Positions 1 through 8,996 of a stretch of 64,000 bases of DNA are shown piece by piece. Source of the stretch: an uncultured Lachnoclostridium sp. Its GTDB lineage: Bacteria > Bacillota > Clostridia > Lachnospirales > Lachnospiraceae. Under the pieces are notes generated by a model. It was not told the DNA's origin and ran no database searches. It saw nothing but the letters and a program-made list of their open reading frames with translations. The position numbers were made by a program, and so were the translations under genes. Numbering within the stretch: position 1 is the first letter of the stretch; every line of letters starts with the position of its first letter. The stretch spans positions 4,430-68,429 of the forward strand of contig CABQJX010000002.1 of assembly GCA_902464595.1 (NCBI GenBank), read 5' to 3'.

Positions 1-8
1 AGGGGAAA

Positions 9-2057
9 ATGAACAGCCTGGAATCCATTGCCGACAGTCTGGCCCAGTTCCGGCCTGACATGAATCAGGAACGGATCGAAGAATTTCTTTCCCGGAAAGC
101 CAAGATTTGCAACTTTCATACACTGTTGATTCTGGATCGTGAGCAGAATTTTATCATGTCCAATCCCGGTAAAAATATAAATGTTTTAGGAACTGATAAT
201 TTTTTCTCCATTCCCGGCATCCAACGCTCCTTTGAGGGAAGCACAGAAGCAAGCTATACAAAAAAAGAAAATATTTTTTACTCTACCCCTATTGTCCGCG
301 AAGGAAAGATCAATGAAATTGTGATCGGCGTCCGTGACAAGAAGAACATGCTGGAGCTGATCAGCGCTAAAAATTTCGAAGGACAGATGATCAGCTGTAT
401 CGTAGACCACACAGGCGGCGTCGTCATGTCCCCATTTGACATGACCCCGTTCCTTGAACTGGAAGATATATTCAGCACTGCGCCAAACTCCCATCTGTCC
501 GAAGATATTGCCCAGGTACGGTCTGATATGGAAAAAGATAAAAACGGCATTCTACGTTTTTCTTCTGTCACCGGCAAAGACCTGTTCCTGTCCTACAATG
601 TCCTGAACATCAGCGACTGGTATCTTCTGACCATCATACCGGCCAATATTCTTTCCAGCGGCCCTCAGCTGTATATCCTTCAGTCCTTCCTTACCTCCGG
701 ACTGATCATTCTTGTTTTTTTGCTTCTGTTTTACAGCCTGCTGCGCTTTTACCGTTCCCACAAAAAGGAACTGGAAAAGATTGCTTACTGCGATCCCATC
801 ACCGGCGGACTGAACAACGCGGCATTCCAGGCCAGATACAGGGAAGCGGCTCCCTCTCTTGAGCCAGGCTCCTGCGCGATTGTCCTTTTAAACGTGATCG
901 GCTTCAAGCTTATCAATGAGCAGTTTGGAATGGAGGTGGGAAATCAGACCCTTTCTTCAATCCACAGGCTTCTGAGCCTCCATTTAAAAAAGAATGAGTT
1001 TTTAGCCCGTGGGGAATCGGACTATTTTTTCCTTTTTCTCATGGAAAGCACAGAGGAAGCGGTACAAAAGCGGCTGGATGCAGTGATTGCAGATATTAAC
1101 TCAGCCCATAATGCAGAATTTTCCTTTGCAACTTTAGGATTTAAGCGCGGTGCATGTCTGGTAGATGAACCAGAACAGGATATTGCGATCCTTCAGGAGC
1201 ACGCCCGCCTAGCCCTGTTAAAATATAACCCGGCCCGCCGTCAAAAATGTGCTTTTTACGATGACAGCCTGGTCGAACAGCTGAAAACTGAACAGGAAAT
1301 GAATTACATGTTTGCCTCCTCTCTTGAGAATCACTCGTTCCAGGTCTACCTGCAGCCTAAGATCCATGCAAAAACGAGAAAGCTCATGGGCGCTGAGGCG
1401 TTGGTACGGTGGAATCAGCCGGAAAAGGGAATGATCCCACCCTCAGAGTTTATCCCTCTTTTTGAGAGCAATGGAAAAATCTGCCAGCTGGATTTTTATG
1501 TGTTCCGTGAAATCTGTGCCACCATCCACCGTTGGAAAGAAATGGGAATCCCTTTATTCCCCATCTCTGTAAATCTGTCCCGACAGCATTTTACAAACGA
1601 ACATTTTTTGGAACCTTTTTTCCAGACTGCCCAGGAATACGGCATACCGGACAATATCCTGGAATTTGAACTGACTGAATCCATCTTCTTTGAAAGCCAG
1701 GAGATCCACCATGTAAAGCAGATCATCGGCGATATGCACGATCACGGCTTTCTCTGTTCCCTGGATGATTTTGGCTCCGGCTTTTCTTCCCTTGGCCTGT
1801 TAAAGGAATTTGATGTAGACTCCCTCAAACTGGATCGCTGCTTCTTCCGCAATATGGCCAATCAAAAGGCAAAAGATGTGATCATCTGCCTGATCAATCT
1901 GGCCAAATGCCTTGATGTCCAGACTGTAGCCGAAGGGATCGAGGACATGGAACAGGTAGAATTTTTGTCTGACATGAACTGTGATATGATCCAGGGATTT
2001 GTATTCTCCTGTCCGATCCCCATTGAGGCCTTTGAAAAACAATATCTGGGGAGATAA
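9..2057 (+). CDS. Membrane-anchored Cache-GGDEF(degenerate)-EAL c-di-GMP phosphodiesterase; probably 5'-truncated by the window edge
   Basis: Cache-like region ending in WYLLTIIP plus a TM helix. The GGDEF site reads ARGESDYF. EAL motifs EALVRW, DDFGSGFSSL, AEGIE and QGF are intact. The frame is open to base 3 and no first TM helix is seen. Confidence 0.9.
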   Translation: MNSLESIADSLAQFRPDMNQERIEEFLSRKAKICNFHTLLILDREQNFIMSNPGKNINVLGTDNFFSIPGIQRSFEGSTEASYTKKENIFYSTPIVREGKINEIVIGVRDKKNMLELISAKNFEGQMISCIVDHTGGVVMSPFDMTPFLELEDIFSTAPNSHLSEDIAQVRSDMEKDKNGILRFSSVTGKDLFLSYNVLNISDWYLLTIIPANILSSGPQLYILQSFLTSGLIILVFLLLFYSLLRFYRSHKKELEKIAYCDPITGGLNNAAFQARYREAAPSLEPGSCAIVLLNVIGFKLINEQFGMEVGNQTLSSIHRLLSLHLKKNEFLARGESDYFFLFLMESTEEAVQKRLDAVIADINSAHNAEFSFATLGFKRGACLVDEPEQDIAILQEHARLALLKYNPARRQKCAFYDDSLVEQLKTEQEMNYMFASSLENHSFQVYLQPKIHAKTRKLMGAEALVRWNQPEKGMIPPSEFIPLFESNGKICQLDFYVFREICATIHRWKEMGIPLFPISVNLSRQHFTNEHFLEPFFQTAQEYGIPDNILEFELTESIFFESQEIHHVKQIIGDMHDHGFLCSLDDFGSGFSSLGLLKEFDVDSLKLDRCFFRNMANQKAKDVIICLINLAKCLDVQTVAEGIEDMEQVEFLSDMNCDMIQGFVFSCPIPIEAFEKQYLGR

Positions 2058-2273
2058 TTTTGGAAAAACTTCCCTGCTCATTCACACTATGTTCATATTT
2101 CATTCAAAAACCTTTTACACAATGAACATTTTTTCTTCATGTTTTGACGGTATACTTTAGTCATGATCAGTTAGAGATAATTGATCCGTCAAAACGCTTA
2201 CAAGATTTTTTTCATAATACTCGAGCTGATAGGTGTTTATCAGCTCTCCTCCCTTTTAATAATACTTTTTCGT

Positions 2274-2316
2274 GGAAGGAGCTGCAGACCTCTGCCAAGG
2301 GTCTGCAGCTCCTTCC
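2274..2316. terminator. 17-bp perfect stem hairpin between convergent genes
   Basis: GGAAGGAGCTGCAGACC (2274-2290) pairs with GGTCTGCAGCTCCTTCC (2300-2316), 10 nt past the symporter stop. U-tracts are weak. Confidence 0.65.
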
Positions 2317-2325
2317 TGCTTTCTG

Positions 2326-3690
2326 TCATTCTGTGTAATCCTTGGGCAGTGTCACCTTCCCTGCCAAAAAAAGGAGGGCTGTCAGGTTTGGAAAAGCCAT
2401 CATTCCATTCCACAGATCAGCAAGCAGCCATACTGCCTCCAACTTCAGCTGACTGCCCACAAATACAGCCGCCAGATAGAGGAGCGGATAAATCTTTGAG
2501 GTAAAAATATCTCTTCCCCGGTCTCCGATCCCCAAGCCTCCGGCAAAGTAGGAAGCTGCCTGCCTCCCCAGATAAAACCATGCCATAACAGTGGCAAAGG
2601 CAAATACCGCCATGGAACCGCTGATCAAATGCCCTCCCAACGCTCCCAGACCCCTTTCAAAACACCATCCGGCCAGCGCAGCTCCGGTGCAGGGGGCCTT
2701 CTCCGGATGCAGTCCCCACGTACATAAGATCACCACTGCTGTCATGGTGCACAGTATGACTGTGTCAAAAAACACCTCAAACATAGCCCACATACCCTGC
2801 TCCTGAGGCGTTGTATCCTCCGCACCTCCGTGAAGCACCGCTAAGGTTCCAAGACCTGCTTCGTTGGAAAATACCCCTCTGGATACCCCATACCGCACGC
2901 TCCGGCTCACCGCGTATCCCCATATCCCCCCCGCAGCTGCTTCCGGACGGAAAGCAGCGGAAAGCATTTCCCCAAAAACAGCTGGAAGTTTACCCATGCA
3001 GGATAAGATCACTGCCATAGAAAAAAATAGGTAGATCCCGGAAGCAGCTGGAACCAGACGCTCTGCCACAGCCCCGATCCTTCGTATCCCTCCCCAGGCA
3101 ACCAGAAAGAGCAGGCCTGTGAAAGCAAGGCCGCCAGCCACAGAAGGAATATCCCATGTATAGGACATGGTGCTGACCGCTGAATTGGCCTGTACCATGC
3201 TTCCCATACTGAGAGAACTCATCATGCATAAAAAGCTGTAGCAAAGAGACATGCCTTTCATTCCCAGCCCCCGCTCCATATAGACAAAGGGACCGCACAG
3301 ATAACTGCCTCCCTTCTCCCGCAGCCGGTATTGGATCCCCAGCATAGTTTCACTGTATGCAGTCATCATTCCGATAAAGGCGGAGACCCACATCCAGAAT
3401 ATGGCTCCCGGCCCGCCTGCGGTCAGGGCTGTGGCCACACCAGCAATATTTCCAGTCCCCACCGTAGCTGCCAAAGCCATACAGACAGATTGGAACTGGG
3501 TCATTCCTTTTTTTTCGTACCCTTTTTTTCCCCGGAACAAGGTTCCGGCTGTATGCTTCCACCAGTAATGGAAACCTAAAAACTGGAAAAATCTGCACTT
3601 TATTGTAAAAAAGATACCCACTCCCAGAAAAATAAGAAGCGTATAAGGGCCCCATATGATCTGATGAGCCTGTTCTAACAAATGCATCAT
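2326..3690 (-). CDS. Alanine/glycine:cation symporter (AGCS family)
   Basis: Motifs ALAATVGTGNIAGVA, GGPGAIFWMW, RGVFSNEAGLG, FFDTVILCTMTA and MAFPNL. Start placed at ATG 3690. Confidence 0.93.
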   Translation of the reverse strand: MMHLLEQAHQIIWGPYTLLIFLGVGIFFTIKCRFFQFLGFHYWWKHTAGTLFRGKKGYEKKGMTQFQSVCMALAATVGTGNIAGVATALTAGGPGAIFWMWVSAFIGMMTAYSETMLGIQYRLREKGGSYLCGPFVYMERGLGMKGMSLCYSFLCMMSSLSMGSMVQANSAVSTMSYTWDIPSVAGGLAFTGLLFLVAWGGIRRIGAVAERLVPAASGIYLFFSMAVILSCMGKLPAVFGEMLSAAFRPEAAAGGIWGYAVSRSVRYGVSRGVFSNEAGLGTLAVLHGGAEDTTPQEQGMWAMFEVFFDTVILCTMTAVVILCTWGLHPEKAPCTGAALAGWCFERGLGALGGHLISGSMAVFAFATVMAWFYLGRQAASYFAGGLGIGDRGRDIFTSKIYPLLYLAAVFVGSQLKLEAVWLLADLWNGMMAFPNLTALLFLAGKVTLPKDYTE

Positions 3691-3862
3691 GGACGGCAAC
3701 CTGCCTGATTTTCTTACTTATTGTCTTATTCTTCTCCAGCCTGTCCTATGCCATCTTATGCCATCTGTTTATATAAGGGCTGGAGTTCTTATCGCATTTT
3801 GTCCCCATCTATGATAAAATAATGGTAAAGGCGAACAGCAAAAAAAGAAAAGAGGGATACGG

Positions 3863-4843
3863 ATGCCAGGCTTTACCACTCACTATATCCTGGGTATGAA
3901 GGCTTACAATGACCTTCCCCAGAACAATCTGAAATTCATTATTGCAAAATATCGTTGGCTCTATCAGCTGGGCCTGCAGGGCCCTGATATATTCTTTTAC
4001 AATCTCCCAGTCCTGCGTCACCGAGATCACCGGAATGTGGGCTCCCATATGCATGAACACCAGGTAAATAACTTTTTCCGCTGCTGCTTTCTCCATCTGT
4101 CCCGCATAAGCTCACGCCAGCAGAGAGAAGAGGGGCTGGCCTATGTCTGCGGATTTATCTGCCATTATATCGGTGATTCTGTGTGCCATCCTTATGTATA
4201 CGGCCGGATCGGATATGATATTAACCATCCAGGCCCCTATTACCACGGCCTTCACGCTAAGCTGGAGAACGACATTGACGCCCTTCTCCTCCAAAAATAT
4301 AAAAAGAAAAAACCTTCCCAGTTTAATCAGGCAGCCACCATCTGCCTCAACGGCATGGAAACTCAATTTATTTCCCGCTTCCTGTCGGATTGCATCAATG
4401 AAACCTTTTACCCTCTCAGCTACAAGAACCGGTATCAGGTATCGGCGGCCATGATCCACCGCTCCATCCTGGCTCTGCGCTTCGGATGCCGCACCCTGTC
4501 AGATCCAAACAGCAAGAAAAAAGACAGGATCGCTTTTTTTGAATCTTTATTTTTAAAAAATCCTGTGGCTTCCAGCAAGCTGGTTACAGACATTGTGGAA
4601 AATCCCAGCTGGAGCCTGAACCTGCATCATGAAATCTGGTGCAATCCATGGAACCGGAGCATCGCTTCCCGTGCCTCTCTGCCGGATCTGCTGCATCAGT
4701 CCCTTGGAAAACTGAATACCATCTTTTACATGATCAATTCCATGCTGGAATCCGAGCAGCCCCTAAAGCTCTCCTCTCTGGAAGGACTTTTATCAGAACT
4801 TGGAAACTATTCCTACCACAGCGGCCTTCCCTGCCAGGATTAA
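3863..4843 (+). CDS. Zinc-dependent phospholipase C family protein, no signal peptide
   Basis: N-terminal MPGFTTH, GLQGPDIFFY, GFICHYIGDSVCHPYVY and HAKLENDID metal-ligand pattern. RBS GAGGG. Confidence 0.8.
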   Translation: MPGFTTHYILGMKAYNDLPQNNLKFIIAKYRWLYQLGLQGPDIFFYNLPVLRHRDHRNVGSHMHEHQVNNFFRCCFLHLSRISSRQQREEGLAYVCGFICHYIGDSVCHPYVYGRIGYDINHPGPYYHGLHAKLENDIDALLLQKYKKKKPSQFNQAATICLNGMETQFISRFLSDCINETFYPLSYKNRYQVSAAMIHRSILALRFGCRTLSDPNSKKKDRIAFFESLFLKNPVASSKLVTDIVENPSWSLNLHHEIWCNPWNRSIASRASLPDLLHQSLGKLNTIFYMINSMLESEQPLKLSSLEGLLSELGNYSYHSGLPCQD

Positions 4844-4850
4844 CCAAAGC

Positions 4851-4893
4851 AAAAACAGGCCAGGGGGACGAAATGTCTCTCTGACCTGTTTTT
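4851..4893. terminator. Bidirectional intrinsic terminator
   Basis: AAAAACAGGCCAGGGGGAC-GAAAT-GTCTCTCTGACCTGTTTTT between convergent genes. Confidence 0.8.
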
Positions 4894-4987
4894 ATTACTC
4901 TGTTTTATTACTCTGCTATTCTGTCTGCAGTTATTCCTCTAAAGCCGTATCTGCCCGGCTATATCTGCCCTTTTGCTTCTGTCATCT

Positions 4988-6085
4988 TTATTCGATCACC
5001 TGGTCGCCGTCCTTGGTGCAGTAATTTGTCTTTACTCCCAAACGGGTCATCCAGTTTTTCGTTTCCTGGGTCTTCCAGATTCCGCTTCCAGCACCGCCTC
5101 CGTTATCATTATCCCAAAGCCACTGAGGGGTAGGCCAAAGGGCGATGGAAGGGCGCAGAGCCTTATATACTTCATAATCAACGCCATTCTGGCCATGATG
5201 GGCCAGCTGGACAATATCGCACTTGAGAGCGCCCAGGTCATGGTCTGCCATCAGCTGCTGCCCTCCTGTATTGGCTAGATCGCCTAAAAATACTACGTTT
5301 GTCCCATTGAGAGACACCAGATAGGCCGCGCTGCTGTTGTTGATAAAATCGCTGTTCATCTTATAGGCTGAGTTCAGTACCTGTATCTTTGCAGGCCCTG
5401 CGTCGATCACCTGGCCGGACACAATATCTCCATGAAGCCGCTCCTGGGGAACCAGGGCAAATGCTCCCTTCAGATAGGTTACCATCTTAGCAACCTCCGG
5501 ATCCTTTTGGGCATACCAGCTGTCCTCCAGGAAGGAATAATAGATCCCGTCTATAGTGATCTCCCCATTATGCTTATACAGAATATCTGCCAGGGCTCCT
5601 GCATGGTCCGAATCCGGGTGAGTGATCAGCCATGCCTGTACATGGCCGCCTTTCTGCTTGATCTGGCTTAAAAGATACTCTGCATTATCTGCCCATCCTC
5701 CATCTACCACGATCAGGCCTCCCGCCCCTGTCTCAATGATCACAGAGAGCATCTGGGCAGCTGTGTCGTGATTCGCCAGCATGGTAAGGCGTCCTGCCCC
5801 AAACAGTGCTGTGGTATCTGTCTTTGGAGTCATGACCTCTCCAAATCCTGCGATCTGTGCCTTTGCCTGGATTACAGGCTGACCCTCCGTCCCCTGCTGT
5901 GAAGGCTGGGTATCCTCCTGGATAATGATCTTGTCCGGTGAAGAAAGCACCTGGGCCTGGGCGTAAAAGGACTGGGATTCGGGCATAGCCAAACTGTCCA
6001 TCGTTCCCCCGGATACGGTCAGCATCATAATGGCCAAAAGGCCTGCCGCCGCTCTTTTCCAATATCGATCCAATCTCACTTGCAT
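4988..6085 (-). CDS. Secreted metallo-beta-lactamase-fold hydrolase (ComEC/Pce-like)
   Basis: Signal peptide; VDGG, THPDSDHAG, FLGD and QLAHHG motifs. Confidence 0.82.
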   Translation of the reverse strand: MQVRLDRYWKRAAAGLLAIMMLTVSGGTMDSLAMPESQSFYAQAQVLSSPDKIIIQEDTQPSQQGTEGQPVIQAKAQIAGFGEVMTPKTDTTALFGAGRLTMLANHDTAAQMLSVIIETGAGGLIVVDGGWADNAEYLLSQIKQKGGHVQAWLITHPDSDHAGALADILYKHNGEITIDGIYYSFLEDSWYAQKDPEVAKMVTYLKGAFALVPQERLHGDIVSGQVIDAGPAKIQVLNSAYKMNSDFINNSSAAYLVSLNGTNVVFLGDLANTGGQQLMADHDLGALKCDIVQLAHHGQNGVDYEVYKALRPSIALWPTPQWLWDNDNGGGAGSGIWKTQETKNWMTRLGVKTNYCTKDGDQVIE

Positions 6086-6102
6086 TTCTCCCTTCTGCCG
6101 GA

Positions 6103-6651
6103 TTATTCTGCTGCTGCAAGAAGCGCTCTGTGTTCCCCTGCCTTTACGGTATCATTGACCAGGTACTTGCTCTCGTCACCTTCTTCATTGTAATAAAACG
6201 CCTGTACCAGAACGTCATTTTCGTCAAAGAAGCTTCCGTAATAGGTGTCGTCATAATCTTCTTCCTCCGGAGCCTCGTAGTAGAAATTCTGCTCTGCCAC
6301 AGCAGTTCCCACTGTCTTTAACACGTCCTGTCCATAGAGAGCGGCAATCTCCCCTGTGGTTTTGTGGGTTACGGGAAGAAGAACCGTTGCCAGCTTTTTA
6401 GAGCTGTCATACTTCACATCCAGATCCATCACATAATCGCCAAACTCACCATAAGGATCCATATACTTATCTCTCAGATCCTCTCTGACCTCCAGCCAGT
6501 CGATCTCAATATTCTTATCAATCTCCACATCCGGCTGTCCGTCCCCTTCCCTCTTTCCATCACTGGGAGAGACGATATTACTCTGAGTACAGCCTGTCAG
6601 CAGAGCCGCTGCGGCTAAAAATGCCACGGATAACCGTTTTAAATTCATCAT
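6103..6651 (-). CDS. Acidic lipoprotein of unknown function
   Basis: RBS AAGGAGG 9 nt before ATG 6651; lipobox signal MMNLKRLSVAFLAAAALLTG-C. Confidence 0.8.
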   Translation of the reverse strand: MMNLKRLSVAFLAAAALLTGCTQSNIVSPSDGKREGDGQPDVEIDKNIEIDWLEVREDLRDKYMDPYGEFGDYVMDLDVKYDSSKKLATVLLPVTHKTTGEIAALYGQDVLKTVGTAVAEQNFYYEAPEEEDYDDTYYGSFFDENDVLVQAFYYNEEGDESKYLVNDTVKAGEHRALLAAAE

Positions 6652-6831
6652 GCTGTCAATCCTCCTTTTCTTGTGCACACTTCCCCCTGCCCTTTCCCAG
6701 GCGCAGAAATAAAACCGGCCGTGCACCAGCGTTACTATTATAGCGAAGTTTCCTATAATTTAACAGTCCTTTTTTCTTACAAAATTGTAACAGTCCTTTG
6801 CATGATCCCTGCATGATATAGGAAATTCTTC

Positions 6832-6860
6832 TTGATTTTTTCTCCATATGGTGGTAGTAT
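6832..6860 (+). promoter_or_regulatory. Putative sigmaA promoter of the BCCT gene
   Basis: TTGATT-N17-TAGTAT with a TG extension. Confidence 0.55.
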
Positions 6861-6914
6861 GTTCAATATATTAATTTTTTAATTATTTTTGAACAAAAAG
6901 AGGAGGGCTGCTTT

Positions 6915-8450
6915 ATGAGCCAAAACAATCAAAGCTTTCGACAGATCCTAAAACAGCGTCTGGACTGGATCACCACCCTGGTTCCATTTGCTGTCATTGT
7001 GATCCTTTGCTTCCTTTTTATGGATTTTCCTGAGATTTCCTCCCAGGTTTTGGGATCCATCCGTTTTTTCCTGGGTGACCAATTCAGCAGCTATTACCTT
7101 GTCATAGGCCTTGCTTTCTTTGGCTGCTCCCTCTACATGGCTTTTTCAAAATACGGAACGATCAAACTGGGAAATACAGAAAAGCCCCAGTACTCTGCCT
7201 TCCAGTGGGGTTCCATGATGTTTACCTCCGGCCTGGCCGCAGATATTCTCTTTTACTCTCTCTGTGAATGGCTCCTCTATGCGGATGAATCCCATATTTC
7301 TCAAATGGGGATCCCAGAAGATTGGGCTGCAACCTACCCTCTTTTCCACTGGGGCCCCATTCCATGGAGCTTCTATCTTGTCTTAGCAGTATCCTTTGGA
7401 TTCATGCTCCATGTGAGAAAGAGAAACCGCCAGAAATATTCGGAGGCATGCCGCCCCATCCTTGGCAAACATGTGGATGGAATGGCTGGGCGCTTGATCG
7501 ATCTGACTGCTGTGTTTGCCCTCTTAGCAGGGACTGCTACCACCTTCTCCTTAGCCACCCCTCTGCTGTCCATGGCCTTAAGCCGCATAACCGGACTTCC
7601 CGAAAACCGTATGATGACCATTTTTATCCTTGTGGTGATCTGCGCTGTATACACCATAGCCGTATATTTTGGCATGCAGGGCGTTTCTCGGCTGGCAGCC
7701 TCCTGCGTCTACCTGTTTTTCGGCCTTTTGGCTTACTTTCTCCTTCTGGGAGGCCAGGCGCGCTTTATCCTGGAAACAGGCCTCACCGCCCTTGGAAATC
7801 TGACCCAGAACTTTATTTCCATGGCTACCTGGACCGATGCAGCCCGGGCTACCTCCTTCCCCCAAAACTGGACGGTATTTTACTGGGCCTACTGGATGGT
7901 ATGGTGTGTGGCCACTCCTTTCTTCATCGGCTCCATCAGCAAAGGAAGAACCATCCGCCAGACCGTGCTGGGAGGCTATTTCTTTGGTCTGTCCGGAACC
8001 TTTACCTCCTTTATCATTCTTGGAAATTACGGGCTTTCTCTCCAGGTTCACAATATCCTGGATCTGAAGGGGATCTATGCCTTTTCCGGGAATCTGTACG
8101 AAACTATCCTTGCGGTCTTTGAGACCATGCCTTTGGCTAAAGCCGGTTTGGTACTTTTGTCTGTCACTATGGTCGCCTTTTATGCCACCTCCTTTGACGC
8201 ATTGACTATGGTTGCCAGCTCCTATTCCTACCACAGCCTGGGAGAAAATGAGGAACCCCACAAGCAGGTAAAGCTGTTCTGGGCGATCCTGCTCATGCTC
8301 CTTCCCATTGCCCTGATCTTTTCTGATCATTCCATGACCAACCTGCAGACGGTATCCATTATCGCCGCTTTTCCCATCGGATTTATCCTGATCCTCATTG
8401 TGGCCAGCTTTTTTAGGGATGCACGGTCTTATCTGGAAGAAAAACATTAG
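6915..8450 (+). CDS. BCCT family (betaine/carnitine/choline) transporter
   Basis: About 12 TM helices; WGSMMFTSG, FHWGPIPWSFY, NWTVFYWAYWMVW and ISKGRTIRQ motifs. Confidence 0.92.
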   Translation: MSQNNQSFRQILKQRLDWITTLVPFAVIVILCFLFMDFPEISSQVLGSIRFFLGDQFSSYYLVIGLAFFGCSLYMAFSKYGTIKLGNTEKPQYSAFQWGSMMFTSGLAADILFYSLCEWLLYADESHISQMGIPEDWAATYPLFHWGPIPWSFYLVLAVSFGFMLHVRKRNRQKYSEACRPILGKHVDGMAGRLIDLTAVFALLAGTATTFSLATPLLSMALSRITGLPENRMMTIFILVVICAVYTIAVYFGMQGVSRLAASCVYLFFGLLAYFLLLGGQARFILETGLTALGNLTQNFISMATWTDAARATSFPQNWTVFYWAYWMVWCVATPFFIGSISKGRTIRQTVLGGYFFGLSGTFTSFIILGNYGLSLQVHNILDLKGIYAFSGNLYETILAVFETMPLAKAGLVLLSVTMVAFYATSFDALTMVASSYSYHSLGENEEPHKQVKLFWAILLMLLPIALIFSDHSMTNLQTVSIIAAFPIGFILILIVASFFRDARSYLEEKH

Positions 8451-8513
8451 GCAGACAAGCTACCTATAGAGAATCTACCTACAGGGAATCCCCCTGTTCT
8501 ATAGGGCAAACTA

Positions 8514-8542
8514 AAACGAGGGCCGGTCTCCTGCCCTCGTTT
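8514..8542. terminator. Bidirectional terminator
   Basis: AAACGAGGGC / GCCCTCGTTT stem between convergent genes. Confidence 0.7.
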
Positions 8543-8573
8543 ATCGTTGTACATCCATGTCTATGTACGCTCC

Positions 8574-8828
8574 TTATCCTTCGTTGTCCTCCCACAGGAT
8601 CCTGTGGATTCTGTCTTCGGCCTCCAGCTCATCACTTCCCTTAAAGTAAAAGGTCAGGAAACCGCTCATCCTCACATTCTTCATCTCGTCGTAATGCTTT
8701 ACGTTTGCCGTGTGGGTATCGCTTTTTACAAAGATCTCGCAGTCAAATTGATTGGCTGTCTGGATCAAATAGGAAATAGGAATAGGTCTGAAAACCATTC
8801 CCCTGCTGTCAAGTTCCCTCGTCAACAT
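8574..8828 (-). CDS. HPr-fold small protein lacking the canonical His15 and Ser46
   Basis: 84 aa; RP-x4-LIQTANQFDCEIFV, ANVK and FKGSDELEA match the HPr layout. RBS GAGGTG. Confidence 0.7.
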   Translation of the reverse strand: MLTRELDSRGMVFRPIPISYLIQTANQFDCEIFVKSDTHTANVKHYDEMKNVRMSGFLTFYFKGSDELEAEDRIHRILWEDNEG

Positions 8829-8907
8829 TGGATCACCTCAATTCATGACAAAACCGATTACCTGTTACCATGCCTCCTTTAAATCTTATATACTCCCTTA
8901 TATCCAT

Positions 8908-8936
8908 AGAATAACATTTTTCCCTAGCTAATGCAA
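8908..8936 (-). promoter_or_regulatory. Putative sigmaA promoter of the HPr-like gene
   Basis: TTGCAT-N17-TATTCT with a TG extension on the minus strand. Confidence 0.6.
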
Positions 8937-8996
8937 GGGCTGCAAAAAATTTTCCGCAGCCCTGCCCCAGCCTGCCGGCACGCCGGTTCCTGACAG

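Noticed and set aside
3700..3862. Glycine riboswitch upstream of the AGCS symporter
   Set aside because: Only an 8-bp inverted repeat and a short duplication are present; the aptamer consensus is not seen.
7322..8447. 266-aa and 289-aa alternative-frame ORFs
   Set aside because: Both overlap the well-supported BCCT gene and lack motifs.
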